This document shows positions 1 through 9,047 of a stretch of DNA of 18,640 bases, in pieces. Below the pieces are notes generated by a model. It was given only the letters and a program-made list of their open reading frames with translations, was not told the origin of the DNA and did not search any database. Source of the stretch: an uncultured Gammaproteobacteria bacterium (GTDB taxonomy: Bacteria > Patescibacteriota > Microgenomatia > Daviesbacterales > UBA10151); the NCBI GenBank assembly GCA_964522265.1, contig CAZFVS010000007.1, positions 1-18,640 on the forward strand. The letters are read 5' to 3'. The translations under genes and the position numbers were made by a program. Position 1 is the first letter of the stretch, and every line of letters begins with the position of its first letter.

Positions 1-2
1 GT

Positions 3-1121
3 TTTCTTAATCTGTTATTTGATAAAAGTTACCCGCAAAAGCCTTTAACCTCAGTGATATTGGGAATTGTCGGTGGGTTGGCGTATCTCACGAAACAATA
101 CAGCCTGTTTTTTTTAACCTGCAATTTTCTACTTATTAATCTGGTGATGATATATTCCAAAAAAATGAAAAAGGCTCAATTTATAAAAAACAGCCTGATT
201 TTTTTTAGCATGATGTTTTTAATATCCATTACTTGGATAATTCCAGTCAGTTTTAAATACGGAAAACTAACGTTGGGGAATGCAGGTTCATACAATTGGG
301 CAGTACGGGGACCGGAAGGCAACGGGGAGCCTTTTGACAGCAATCGGTTGATCGAACCACCAAATAAAACAGCATTAAGTATATGGGAAGACCCCTCTTT
401 TGAAGATGTTAAATATTGGAACCCTTTTAGTTCTTTGGGTAATTTAAAGTATCAGTTTTTCCTAATCAGAAAAAATACAGCAGAAGCGTTAAGGGTAATT
501 TTTAACTACTCAGTATTGGCATTGCCCGTTATTTTGTTGACTATTATCAAACTGTGTACTGTTGGAAAACGAACGGAAAATGATAAGTCCATGTATATAT
601 TATTATCAATTTTTCTCTATATCTTCGGGTATACTTTTTTCTTAATTGACGAGAGATATTTTTGGATTATATTTATACTTATTTTGGTTTTTGCAGTCAG
701 CCTACTATCAACTCTTTCTCAAAACACAGACAAAAGACTAAAAATTGCATTAATTGTTTTTTTTATTCTGTTGTTTATATATTATCCGATTGGAAACTTG
801 ATAAAAAATGCAAACAGGGATGATATCTATAATATAATTGGTCAACAGATGACCAGAAATGAGATAACTAAAACAAGGCTTGCAACAAATAAATTCAGTC
901 GGAAAACATTATTTTTAGCATTTCATACAGATAGTAAATATTTAGGACAAACAGGGGACTGGGATAGTTTAAGTTCACTAAAAAATATTTTAATTGAACA
1001 TGATATAAACTATTACCTTGTTTGGGAGAATCAAAAGTATGCAGTGAATCTGACCAATTTTTTGGGTTATGGTCCGATTATTTTGAGCAAAGAATTAGTT
1101 GCATTTAAAATTAAAAAATGA
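3..1121 (+). CDS. GT-C fold membrane glycosyltransferase (ArnT/PMT_2-like), 5'-partial
   Basis: The frame is open from the window edge, with no stop between nt 3 and the GTG at 54, so the gene probably continues upstream. Multi-pass hydrophobic protein followed by a soluble C-terminal domain. GLAYLTKQY resembles the FAFLTKP motif of the GT-C paralogue at 7450..8940. The TGA stop overlaps the next start (ATGA at 1118-1121). Confidence 0.6.
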   Translation, partial: FLNLLFDKSYPQKPLTSVILGIVGGLAYLTKQYSLFFLTCNFLLINLVMIYSKKMKKAQFIKNSLIFFSMMFLISITWIIPVSFKYGKLTLGNAGSYNWAVRGPEGNGEPFDSNRLIEPPNKTALSIWEDPSFEDVKYWNPFSSLGNLKYQFFLIRKNTAEALRVIFNYSVLALPVILLTIIKLCTVGKRTENDKSMYILLSIFLYIFGYTFFLIDERYFWIIFILILVFAVSLLSTLSQNTDKRLKIALIVFFILLFIYYPIGNLIKNANRDDIYNIIGQQMTRNEITKTRLATNKFSRKTLFLAFHTDSKYLGQTGDWDSLSSLKNILIEHDINYYLVWENQKYAVNLTNFLGYGPIILSKELVAFKIKK

Positions 1122-1867
1122 TCGAATCCAAAAAAATCATTATAGTAATACCTGCTTTTAATGTGGGTTCTTTGATAGAAAAAACAATTAAAAGAATACC
1201 AAAGGTGCTTTTACATAAAATATCTTTGGTTATTGTTAACGATGGAAGTAAAGATGATACCAGTAGAGCGATCATCCGTATCAAAGCCAGATATAAAAAT
1301 ATATTTGTGATTGATAAGAAATTTAATGAAGGATATGCCAAGGCCCAAAAATCAGGATTTGATTTTGCCCTAAAAAAAAGTGCGGATATAATTGTTCTGC
1401 TTCATTCTGACGGCCAATATGCGCCCGAAGAGCTAGTAAGGCTACTGCAGCCTTTGGAAGATGATGAGGCAGATGTTGTGCAGGGTTCAAGAATTTTGGG
1501 CAATCCATTGGGTGGGGGTATGCCTCTTTATAAATATGTTGCAAACAGGATACTATCTGTTTTGGAAAACTTGGTTTATGGAACAAAAATTGCAGAATTT
1601 CACAGTGGATATATGCTGTATTCTAAAAAAGCTTTGGAAACAATACCTTATCGGAAACTCAGCGATACTTTTCATTTTGATGGTGAGATGTTGATAATGG
1701 CGGCCCTTAACAAATTACGCCTCAAACAACTGCCGATCCCTACGTTTTATGGTGAGGAAAAAAGCAACGTAAAGTCTATCAAATACGGAATTCAAGTTTT
1801 GACAATTATATGGGATTTTAAAAGAGGTAAATACCGCAAACTTTCTTTTGTATCGCAGAACCCTTAA
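1118..1867 (+). CDS. GT2 polyprenyl-phosphate sugar synthase (Dpm1/GtrB/ArnC-like)
   Basis: N-terminal IIIVIPAFN...VIVNDGSKDDT Rossmann/DxD region. HSDGQYAPEE corresponds to the DADLQ-PE motif of Dpm1/GtrB/ArnC enzymes, followed by VVQGSR. About 250 aa. Translationally coupled to the upstream GT-C gene. Confidence 0.8.
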   Translation: MIESKKIIIVIPAFNVGSLIEKTIKRIPKVLLHKISLVIVNDGSKDDTSRAIIRIKARYKNIFVIDKKFNEGYAKAQKSGFDFALKKSADIIVLLHSDGQYAPEELVRLLQPLEDDEADVVQGSRILGNPLGGGMPLYKYVANRILSVLENLVYGTKIAEFHSGYMLYSKKALETIPYRKLSDTFHFDGEMLIMAALNKLRLKQLPIPTFYGEEKSNVKSIKYGIQVLTIIWDFKRGKYRKLSFVSQNP

Positions 1868-1878
1868 AATCATTTTAG

Positions 1879-3012
1879 ATGAAAAAAATATGGATTGATG
1901 GATATGAGGCGAATGTACCCCAAAGATTGGGGTCGGGACAAGTGGCATATGAGCTGATCAAAAATATTGAACTGATTGACCACGAAAACGACTATACAAT
2001 TTTACTACCAGACACTCCCCTGCCGGATTTTCCAAAGGAGCGGGCAGGATTTAGGTACAAGATCTTAAAACCTAAAAAATTATGGACAAGGATTACAGTA
2101 CCGTTTGCGCTTTTTACAGCCAAAGAAAAACCTAATGTTATTTTTAGTCCGACTCATTATATACCCAGATTTTCGCCAGTAAAGCGGGTGGTAATGATAT
2201 TTGATCTTGCCTATTTACATTTCCCGCAGATGTTTATGAAAAAAGACCTTTGGCAATTAACAAACTGGACTAAATACTCCATATTAAACGCAAACGCAAT
2301 TATAACAATTTCGAATTTTTCAAAGAAGGATATTATTAAAAATTATAAAGTTGATAGGGACAAAATCACTGTGGCATATCCTGGGTATGATTCCGGGATA
2401 TTTCATCCAGCTGAGGATTATAACAAAATCCAGGCGGTTAGGGATAAATATGGGATTTGGGAGAATTATTGTATTTATACAGGGACAATTCAGCCAAGGA
2501 AAAACCTAGAGAAACTGATGGAGGCTTTTGGGCGTGTTGCAGGCGAGGGTAACAGTGATTTAATGCTTGTTTTAGTCGGAAAAGCAGGGGGGGTAGGAAG
2601 AAGAGGGTGGATGTATGAGGATATTTTTAAAAAACCCGAGGAGTTGGGGATAGGTGATAAGGTTAAATTTTTAGGGTATGTTAAAACAGAAGACCTTGTT
2701 TATTTATTAAATGGAGCTATAGTATCAATACTTGTTTCTCTTTATGAAGGTTTTGGTTTAACCATGTTGGAGGCTATGGCTTGCGGCGTACCTGTTATCT
2801 CTTCCAATGTTTCATCAATACCGGAAGTTGTAGGTAGAGCAGGGTTACTGGTTAAACCTAACTCAACTGATCAGATTGAACAGGCGATCAGGTTAATTGT
2901 GACGGATAAAAAACTCAGGGTGAAGCTATCAAAATTAAGTTTGGAGCAGGCGAAAAAATTTTCCTGGAAAAAAATGGCAAAAGAGGTGGTAAAAGTGTTA
3001 GAAAAAGTATGA
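1879..3012 (+). CDS. GT4 (group 1) glycosyltransferase
   Basis: Canonical C-terminal GT4 signature [33 protein letters not shown] (E-x7-E). Ends with FSWKKMAKE, a typical GT4 tail. Confidence 0.9.
   Translation: MKKIWIDGYEANVPQRLGSGQVAYELIKNIELIDHENDYTILLPDTPLPDFPKERAGFRYKILKPKKLWTRITVPFALFTAKEKPNVIFSPTHYIPRFSPVKRVVMIFDLAYLHFPQMFMKKDLWQLTNWTKYSILNANAIITISNFSKKDIIKNYKVDRDKITVAYPGYDSGIFHPAEDYNKIQAVRDKYGIWENYCIYTGTIQPRKNLEKLMEAFGRVAGEGNSDLMLVLVGKAGGVGRRGWMYEDIFKKPEELGIGDKVKFLGYVKTEDLVYLLNGAIVSILVSLYEGFGLTMLEAMACGVPVISSNVSSIPEVVGRAGLLVKPNSTDQIEQAIRLIVTDKKLRVKLSKLSLEQAKKFSWKKMAKEVVKVLEKV
2587..2593 (+). repeat. homopolymeric G7 tract inside GT4 CDS
   Basis: Read directly: gca ggg ggg gta encoding A-G-G-V. 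Confidence 0.95.
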
Positions 3013-3923
3013 AAATATCAATAGTAATTCCCAACTGGAATAGTGAAGATAAGCTTAAAAAGAATCTACCCGAAGTGCTGAAGGTTGACGGAGTAGATGA
3101 GGTGATTGTAGTTGATGATGCATCTTCAGACAATAGTGCTGCGGTAATTGAATCTTTTTTCCCGCAGGTAAAACTGGTGAAAAATAACAAAAATCTCGGT
3201 TTTTCACCGACTGTCAACCTGGGTGTCAGGGAATCTAAAGGTGATCTGATATTTTTATTAAACAATGATGCTGTGCCGGAATCAGATTCTTTGGAAAAAA
3301 CACTACACCATTTTGAGGATCCAAAAGTATTCAGTGTAGGATGCAACACCGGTGGTTCATGGTCCTGGGCAAAATTTGAAAAAGGTTTTTTCTGGCACTA
3401 CCAAGCTCCAGCCTCAAAAGGGGACGCCTTGCGTGCCCATCAGACGCTATGGGTATCCGGTGGTAGTGGTGTTTTCAGGAAAAGTACATGGGAAGAGTTG
3501 GGCGGGTTTGATGAACTGTATGCGCCTTTTTATGAAGAAGACGTAGATTTGGGTTACCGGGCAACCAAAAGAGGGTATATTAATTTGTGGGAGCCGAAAT
3601 CAAAAGTTGAACACTATCACCAAGGTGTTTCCTCCGGAAATAAACAGCCGGGAGTTATTTCCCAGCATTTTTCTAAAAGCCATATCAGTAAAATTGCCCA
3701 AAGAAACCAATTGATTTTAATCTGGAAAAATATCACCAGTAAGAAATTAATAAACCAGCATAAAATGGTTTTGGCTAAAATGTTGTTAACCCACCCCAAA
3801 TACTGGTCAATATTCCTTGCTGCAGCCATGCATATGAGTGAGATTTTGAGAAAAAGAGCCATGGAGCAGAAGGAATCCAAATTTTCCGACGAAGAGATTT
3901 TAGGAAAATTTACCAAGGAATAG
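3009..3923 (+). CDS. GT2 glycosyltransferase
   Basis: [15 protein letters not shown]...VIVVDDASSDNS, NKNLGFSPTVN and YEEDVDLGYRATKRGY match the rhamnosyltransferase-like GT2 layout. ATGA overlap with the upstream GT4 gene. Confidence 0.85.
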   Translation: MKISIVIPNWNSEDKLKKNLPEVLKVDGVDEVIVVDDASSDNSAAVIESFFPQVKLVKNNKNLGFSPTVNLGVRESKGDLIFLLNNDAVPESDSLEKTLHHFEDPKVFSVGCNTGGSWSWAKFEKGFFWHYQAPASKGDALRAHQTLWVSGGSGVFRKSTWEELGGFDELYAPFYEEDVDLGYRATKRGYINLWEPKSKVEHYHQGVSSGNKQPGVISQHFSKSHISKIAQRNQLILIWKNITSKKLINQHKMVLAKMLLTHPKYWSIFLAAAMHMSEILRKRAMEQKESKFSDEEILGKFTKE

Positions 3924-3936
3924 TTATAATATACCT

Positions 3937-4575
3937 ATGCTTTATAGAGAGCATATATCTTTTTCTAAACAAGGTTTTATATTTAAAGACAAAATGGGCA
4001 GGGAGCTCAAATTTGGTAGTGCTTTGGGAAAGATCCTGCACAGAATCTACAATTATTTTTTAGATGCGGAGCTTTTCTGGTTGAGGATTTTAGGTTTGAT
4101 TCCCCTGCACTGCCTGCGCATTTTCATTTATAGACTTGACGGTATCAAAATAGGAAAAGGTGTACATATTCATATGGGTGCACAATTTTTTAGCCTGGAG
4201 GGGATAGATATTGGGGAAGGAACTACGATCGGCCGGAATGTTTTTTTAGATGGTCGAGACAAGTTAACTATAGGAAAAAACGTTGATATTGCTTCAGATG
4301 TGATGATCTACAACAGCGAGCATGATATAAATTCTGATGATTTCCATGCAATTTCAGCGCCTGTTGAGATTGGAGACTATGTATTTATCGGACCGAGGGT
4401 AATAATTTTGCCGGGAGTAAAAATAGGAAAGGGAGCGGTTGTGGCTGCTGGAGCGGTTGTGACCAAAGATGTTGCTGATTTTATGATAGTTGGAGGTGTG
4501 CCGGCAAAGATTATCGGGGAAAGAAAAAATAAAAATCCCAGCTACAAACTTGGTAGGGCACGTCTGTTTCAATGA
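3937..4575 (+). CDS. hexapeptide-repeat (LbH) O-acetyltransferase
   Basis: Successive [LIV]-G-x4 hexapeptide turns: IGKGVHIHMGAQF, IGEGTTIGRNVFL, IGKNVDIASDVMI, IGDYVFIGPRVIILPGVKIGKGAVVAAGAVV. Terminal VGGVPAKIIGER motif typical of WbbJ/maltose-acetyltransferase-like enzymes. Confidence 0.85.
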   Translation: MLYREHISFSKQGFIFKDKMGRELKFGSALGKILHRIYNYFLDAELFWLRILGLIPLHCLRIFIYRLDGIKIGKGVHIHMGAQFFSLEGIDIGEGTTIGRNVFLDGRDKLTIGKNVDIASDVMIYNSEHDINSDDFHAISAPVEIGDYVFIGPRVIILPGVKIGKGAVVAAGAVVTKDVADFMIVGGVPAKIIGERKNKNPSYKLGRARLFQ

Positions 4576-5132
4576 TAAAACGCATTTTTCTGGGTACATT
4601 TTTCATATTCGGGTTGATATACATTTTGGCTCCGGGTCCCCAGTCGATCGATGATATTCCCCAACTGCCCGGTTCTTTAAAATCAGAAGAGCCCGGCGAC
4701 ACTTATCAAAACCCCAATATTGCGGCTTATTTTTCAAATTACCGCAGAAAATATGTCACCGATTATTACAGGAATGAATTTGGCAGTTTAAATTTTTGGG
4801 GGCTGAAAATACCGCCAATCAGGTTGAACCATCCGCCCGAAGAAGCCTTTCAATATATTAGGGATCAGGAGCGCACAAAATATCTGGAGCAATATTTTTA
4901 CCCGCTGAGAGATGCACTGTATGTTAACGGGTATGAGCCATTTGATGAAAACGGAAAAAAATTTGATTCCATATCAGTGCCGATCTATATTAACGGATAC
5001 TACTTTACCAGTAAAGCCACTCTTAGGTATTACCACGCACCGCTTTTTTGGCGCCTGATGATTTATATCACGGGTTGGATAAGCGCTCTTTTTCTAATTA
5101 AATTATTTGGAAAAACATTAAAAACAGCATGA
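4572..5132 (+). CDS. hypothetical bitopic membrane protein (N- and C-terminal TM helices, aromatic-rich central domain)
   Basis: ATGA overlaps at both ends couple it to the acetyltransferase and the next GT2 gene. Hydrophobic N-terminus (IFLGTFFIFGLIYILA) and C-terminus (LMIYITGWISALFLIKLF). I recognise no family. Confidence 0.6.
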   Translation: MIKRIFLGTFFIFGLIYILAPGPQSIDDIPQLPGSLKSEEPGDTYQNPNIAAYFSNYRRKYVTDYYRNEFGSLNFWGLKIPPIRLNHPPEEAFQYIRDQERTKYLEQYFYPLRDALYVNGYEPFDENGKKFDSISVPIYINGYYFTSKATLRYYHAPLFWRLMIYITGWISALFLIKLFGKTLKTA

Positions 5133-6016
5133 AAACAGCAGTTAGTATTGTTGAGTTTAATACAAAGGAACTTTTGAAAAAATGCTTGCACAGTGTTTTA
5201 AACCAGAGAAAACATTCGGGTAATGAAATTGCGATTTGGGTTGTAGATAATAACTCTGAAGACGGTTCGGCCCAAATGGTGAAAACTGAATTTCCCCAGA
5301 TTCATTTGATTCAAAACACTCAAAATCTTGGATTTGCAAAAGGGCACAATGCGGCACTAAAAAAAATTAACACCGATTTTGTTTTAATTGTAAATTCTGA
5401 TACGGAACTTACAGATGATGCAATTTTTAAAATGGTTGAATTTATGGGTCAGCACCCTGATTGCGGTATTGCAAGCTGCAAGGTTACCAGTTTTGACGGA
5501 AAGCTGCAGCCAAACGGAGGAGATCTTCCATTTGGGCTTGCACTTTTTGCCTGGCTTTTTAACTTAGAGATTTTGGGAAATTTACCCAACTTTCATCGCA
5601 ACGAGAGGAGCTATTATCAAAGTGCACATGAAGTGGGTTGGGTTTCCGGCTCGTTTATGATGGTGAGGCAGGCAGTGTTTGAAAAAATAGGCTATCTTAA
5701 CGAGGATTATTTTATGTACTTTGAAGATACAGAGTTTTGTTTTAAGGCAAAAAAGATGGGTTTTAAAGTAATGATTAATCCGGAAGTTGTCATTAGGCAT
5801 GTGGGGGGGGCCAGTTCCGAGGATCCAAGGTTAAGACAATGGAGGGGGGAAATGAAAGGGTTAATATATTTTTATACAAAACATTTTGGTTTTTTCAGCG
5901 GCAATCTCATAAAAATACTAGTGTATATTAGTATATTTTTAAGGATGGTTGTTTTTTCTTTAACTGGAAAATTTAATTTTGCGTTAACTTATGGCAAAAT
6001 TATTTTTACCATTTAA
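5129..6016 (+). CDS. GT2 glycosyltransferase (paralogue of 10279..11148)
   Basis: VSIVEFNTKELL...VVDNNSEDGS, NTQNLGFAKGHN, EDYFMYFEDTEFCFKAKKMGFKV. Collinear by eye with the GT2 at 10279..11148. Confidence 0.85.
   Translation: MKTAVSIVEFNTKELLKKCLHSVLNQRKHSGNEIAIWVVDNNSEDGSAQMVKTEFPQIHLIQNTQNLGFAKGHNAALKKINTDFVLIVNSDTELTDDAIFKMVEFMGQHPDCGIASCKVTSFDGKLQPNGGDLPFGLALFAWLFNLEILGNLPNFHRNERSYYQSAHEVGWVSGSFMMVRQAVFEKIGYLNEDYFMYFEDTEFCFKAKKMGFKVMINPEVVIRHVGGASSEDPRLRQWRGEMKGLIYFYTKHFGFFSGNLIKILVYISIFLRMVVFSLTGKFNFALTYGKIIFTI
5803..5810 (+). repeat. homopolymeric G8 tract inside GT2 CDS (G6 follows at 5844..5849)
   Basis: Read directly: gtg ggg ggg gcc encoding V-G-G-A. A second run follows, agg ggg gaa, 34 nt downstream. 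Confidence 0.95.
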
Positions 6017-6017
6017 T

Positions 6018-7460
6018 ATGAATTTAATTAAAGTAGTAGGTTTTATAGAAAAAAAGATCTTTATTTTTCTTTTGATTACTTTAGTATTTATACTCTTATA
6101 CCCGAAATTTCCATTAATAAATGTACCGGGAACGTACGTTGCAATAAGGCTTGAGGATTTTTTAATGACCTTTCTGTTAACGGCTTGGTTTTTGATTAAT
6201 CTTAAAAACCTTAAATTAATTTTATCTAAAAATATCTCAAAAACCTTTTTACTCTTTTGGTTTATCGGTTTTCTGTCGCTTGTATCAGGACTTTTTATAA
6301 CCTATTCTATCCATTTTAACCTTGGATTTTTGCACTGGCTGAGAAGGGTTGAAATGATGTCCTTATTTTTTGTGGCAGCAACAACAATAAAGAGTCAAAA
6401 ACAGGTGAAAACAATCCTGAAGGTTTTACTGATTACTAACTGCATAATCCTTATTTTTGGTTTCGGCCAGGTTTATCTGGAATTTCCGGTTATCTCAACA
6501 ACCAACAAAGAATTCTCCAAGGGTTTGATTTTAAAGCTCAGTCCCGATGCCAGAGCAAACTCCACTTTTGCAGGACATTATGACTTGGCAGCTTATCTTT
6601 CGGTAATTTTGGTTTTTCTTGGCAGTTTATTTTTTTATTTTAAAAAAATGCAGGAAAAAATTGTGATTGTTTTAACCTCTTTTTTTAGTTTTATTTTACT
6701 TGGTATGACTGCAGCAAGGGTTTCGTTTGTAACAACCTTAGTTTCTTTAACCCTGGTTTTCTGGATGCTGGGTAAAAGATTTCTGATAATCATTTTAATC
6801 CTTTCGGCACTGTTTGCAGTAGGTGTTATCCCCGAACTCAGACATAGGTTAGTTGCTACAATTACAGTTAACTTATTGGAAGGAGGTGGGCCAAAATACT
6901 TACCTCCGCCGAACAAAACCACTATATTTACACCTCAAAATAATACCAGCCAGGCTTCCTTTGAGGCTATCACTAAGCAATCGATTTTAGAATCTACCGC
7001 AGCAAGCAGGGTTTCCACTGTTTCTGCAGATATCGCAGCAGGGGAGCCGGTTAACCCAACTGAGCTTGGAGTTTACCGCTCCTTTAATATCAGGACGGAT
7101 GTGGAATGGCCGAGGGCAATCAGGGCTTTTATCAAAAATCCTCTTTTTGGAACAGGTTATTCCTCCATTAACCTTGCCACAGATAATGATATCTTAAGGT
7201 CATTGGGGGAGACGGGTTTTTTAGGTACACTTGCCCTGCTTTTAATATTTTTCATGCTGATTAAGAAGTTCATTTATGGAGTAAAAAATACAGATATTTT
7301 TGATAAATTTTTCATTATTGGGGCGATCTGCTCAATGGTGGTAATTTTAGCAACAGGGTTTTTTATTGATATTCTGGAGGCCTCCAAAATTTCCGCATTT
7401 TTTTGGATAATTTTAGGGGTTGCATGGGCTGTTTGTGGAAAGTATAAATATGAGGATTAA
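6018..7460 (+). CDS. Wzy_C family membrane protein (O-antigen ligase/polymerase-like)
   Basis: Multi-pass membrane protein with a large hydrophilic loop. C-terminal loop motif NPLFGTGYSS...TDNDILRSLGETGFLGTLALLLIF matches the (H)N-x9-G-x2-G region of WaaL/Wzy_C proteins. The ORF opens at the ATG at 5991, overlapping the upstream gene by 26 nt. The ATG at 6018 (MNLIKVV) starts just after the upstream stop and is preferred, but the start is uncertain. Confidence 0.7.
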   Translation: MNLIKVVGFIEKKIFIFLLITLVFILLYPKFPLINVPGTYVAIRLEDFLMTFLLTAWFLINLKNLKLILSKNISKTFLLFWFIGFLSLVSGLFITYSIHFNLGFLHWLRRVEMMSLFFVAATTIKSQKQVKTILKVLLITNCIILIFGFGQVYLEFPVISTTNKEFSKGLILKLSPDARANSTFAGHYDLAAYLSVILVFLGSLFFYFKKMQEKIVIVLTSFFSFILLGMTAARVSFVTTLVSLTLVFWMLGKRFLIIILILSALFAVGVIPELRHRLVATITVNLLEGGGPKYLPPPNKTTIFTPQNNTSQASFEAITKQSILESTAASRVSTVSADIAAGEPVNPTELGVYRSFNIRTDVEWPRAIRAFIKNPLFGTGYSSINLATDNDILRSLGETGFLGTLALLLIFFMLIKKFIYGVKNTDIFDKFFIIGAICSMVVILATGFFIDILEASKISAFFWIILGVAWAVCGKYKYED

Positions 7461-8940
7461 CCTAACGCCTTACCTAAAAAAACCTGCGATTTGGTTGGTT
7501 ATCATTGTAATTATCGGGTTTTTAGTGCGCCTTTACAAAATAGATAATCCTGTTGCTGATTGGCATGCGTGGAGGCAGGCTGATACTGCAGCTGTTGCCA
7601 GAAATTTTTTTAAGGACGGATATAATCCGTTTTTACCCAAGTATGACGATATGTCTGGTGTTGCAGAACACCCTGTTCCAAACCCGGGCAGGTATAGGTT
7701 TGTAGAATTTCCAATTTATAACTCCCTGGTTTATATGGCTTATCTATTAAATGGGGGAGTTGATGAAAAGTTAGCAAGACTTATTAACGTTTTATTTTCG
7801 CTTGGTTCAATCATCTTTGTCTATGCTGTTTCCAAAAATTATTTCGGCACTAAAACAGCGCTTCTTTCTTCACTCCTTTTTGCAATACTTCCGTACAACA
7901 TTTACTTTTCCAGGGTCATTCTGCCTGAGCCCTCGCTTACTTTTTTCAGTTTGGGAATGCTGCACTTTTTAAGCAGATGGATTTTGAAACAAAAACAGAA
8001 ATTTTTCTGGATTGGTATTATATTCACCGCGTTTGCTTTTTTAACCAAACCAACTGCAGTTTTTTATCTTTTACCTCTCATTTATTTATATTTCCAAAAA
8101 GAAAAAACCCAGTGGTCAGTACAAAAAAGATACCTGGTATTTTTTCTCCTTTCACTGGTCCCATTTTTGCTTTGGAGGTTTTGGATTCAGCAGCACCCGG
8201 AGGGAATTCCGGCATCAAATTGGCTGCTTAATGGTAATGGTATCAGATTTAAGCCAATTTTTTGGAAGTGGATTTTACAAGATAGATTTGGCAGGGAGAT
8301 TTTGGGGATGACCGGATCGGTTTTATTTTTTATAGGAATTCTCAAGAAAGTAAAACCTCAGGAGAGTTGGTTATTGCATCTGTTAACCTTATCGTCTTTT
8401 TTATACCTGATAATTTTTGCAACCGGGAATGTTCAGCATGATTACTACCAAACTCTCATTATTCCGGCTTTGGTAATTTTTACTGCCAGAGGATTTATTT
8501 TGCTTTGGGGTGGAATTTCCGATTTTTTACCAAGAATTTGGACTATCCCACTCTCCTTACTTTTTTTGTTTATGACAATTTATTTAGGCTGGAGTGAAGT
8601 CAAAGGACTTTATCAGATAAACAACCCCGCAATTGTTGAAGCCGGTAAGAAAGCAGACCAGGTTTTACCAAAAGATGCCGTAGTTATCGCGTCTTATAAT
8701 GGGGACAGCTCCTTTTTATACCAGACCAACAGGCCCGGATGGCCGGTTGTAGCTTTTCCGATACCGGAGATGATTGAAAAATTTGGTGTCAGTGCATATG
8801 TTTCAACAACAAAAGACGCCAAAACAAAATGGGTGATGAGGAAGTATCAAGTTTTAGTAGATACTCCTGATTATGTTATCGTTAATTTAACAAAGGAAAA
8901 CCCCGGATTTGATTATAAAAATGATAAAGAACCAAATTAA
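7450..8940 (+). CDS. GT-C fold membrane glycosyltransferase (ArnT / PMT_2, GT39/GT83-like)
   Basis: N-terminal TM helix followed by WHAWRQADTAAVARNFFKDGYNPFLPKYD...FVEFPIYN, typical of ArnT-like polyprenyl-phosphate-sugar dependent transferases. About 11 TM segments and a soluble C-terminal domain. The ORF opens at 7420; the ATG at 7450 (MRINLTPYLKK) gives a shorter overlap and a typical N-terminus. Confidence 0.8.
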   Translation: MRINLTPYLKKPAIWLVIIVIIGFLVRLYKIDNPVADWHAWRQADTAAVARNFFKDGYNPFLPKYDDMSGVAEHPVPNPGRYRFVEFPIYNSLVYMAYLLNGGVDEKLARLINVLFSLGSIIFVYAVSKNYFGTKTALLSSLLFAILPYNIYFSRVILPEPSLTFFSLGMLHFLSRWILKQKQKFFWIGIIFTAFAFLTKPTAVFYLLPLIYLYFQKEKTQWSVQKRYLVFFLLSLVPFLLWRFWIQQHPEGIPASNWLLNGNGIRFKPIFWKWILQDRFGREILGMTGSVLFFIGILKKVKPQESWLLHLLTLSSFLYLIIFATGNVQHDYYQTLIIPALVIFTARGFILLWGGISDFLPRIWTIPLSLLFLFMTIYLGWSEVKGLYQINNPAIVEAGKKADQVLPKDAVVIASYNGDSSFLYQTNRPGWPVVAFPIPEMIEKFGVSAYVSTTKDAKTKWVMRKYQVLVDTPDYVIVNLTKENPGFDYKNDKEPN

Positions 8941-9033
8941 ATTATTGTTCGAACAAAGTGAGAACTATCAGTAAATTAAGGCTTCTCTTCGGCTTCGCCC
9001 GCCTTTGGTGTGGCTTCGCCGGATTGAAGAATA
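8934..9033 (+). repeat. post-stop intergenic repeat, copy A (28-nt core 8941..8968 plus GC-rich tail)
   Basis: The core ATTATTGTTCGAACAAAGTGAGAACTAT differs at 2 of 28 positions from 18483..18510. It contains the 12-nt perfect palindrome TTGTTCGAACAA. The tail carries GGCTTCGCC twice (8991..8999 and 9012..9020) and ends GAAGAATA, as copy B does. Confidence 0.85.
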
Positions 9034-9047
9034 ATTCCTGAGCTAAA

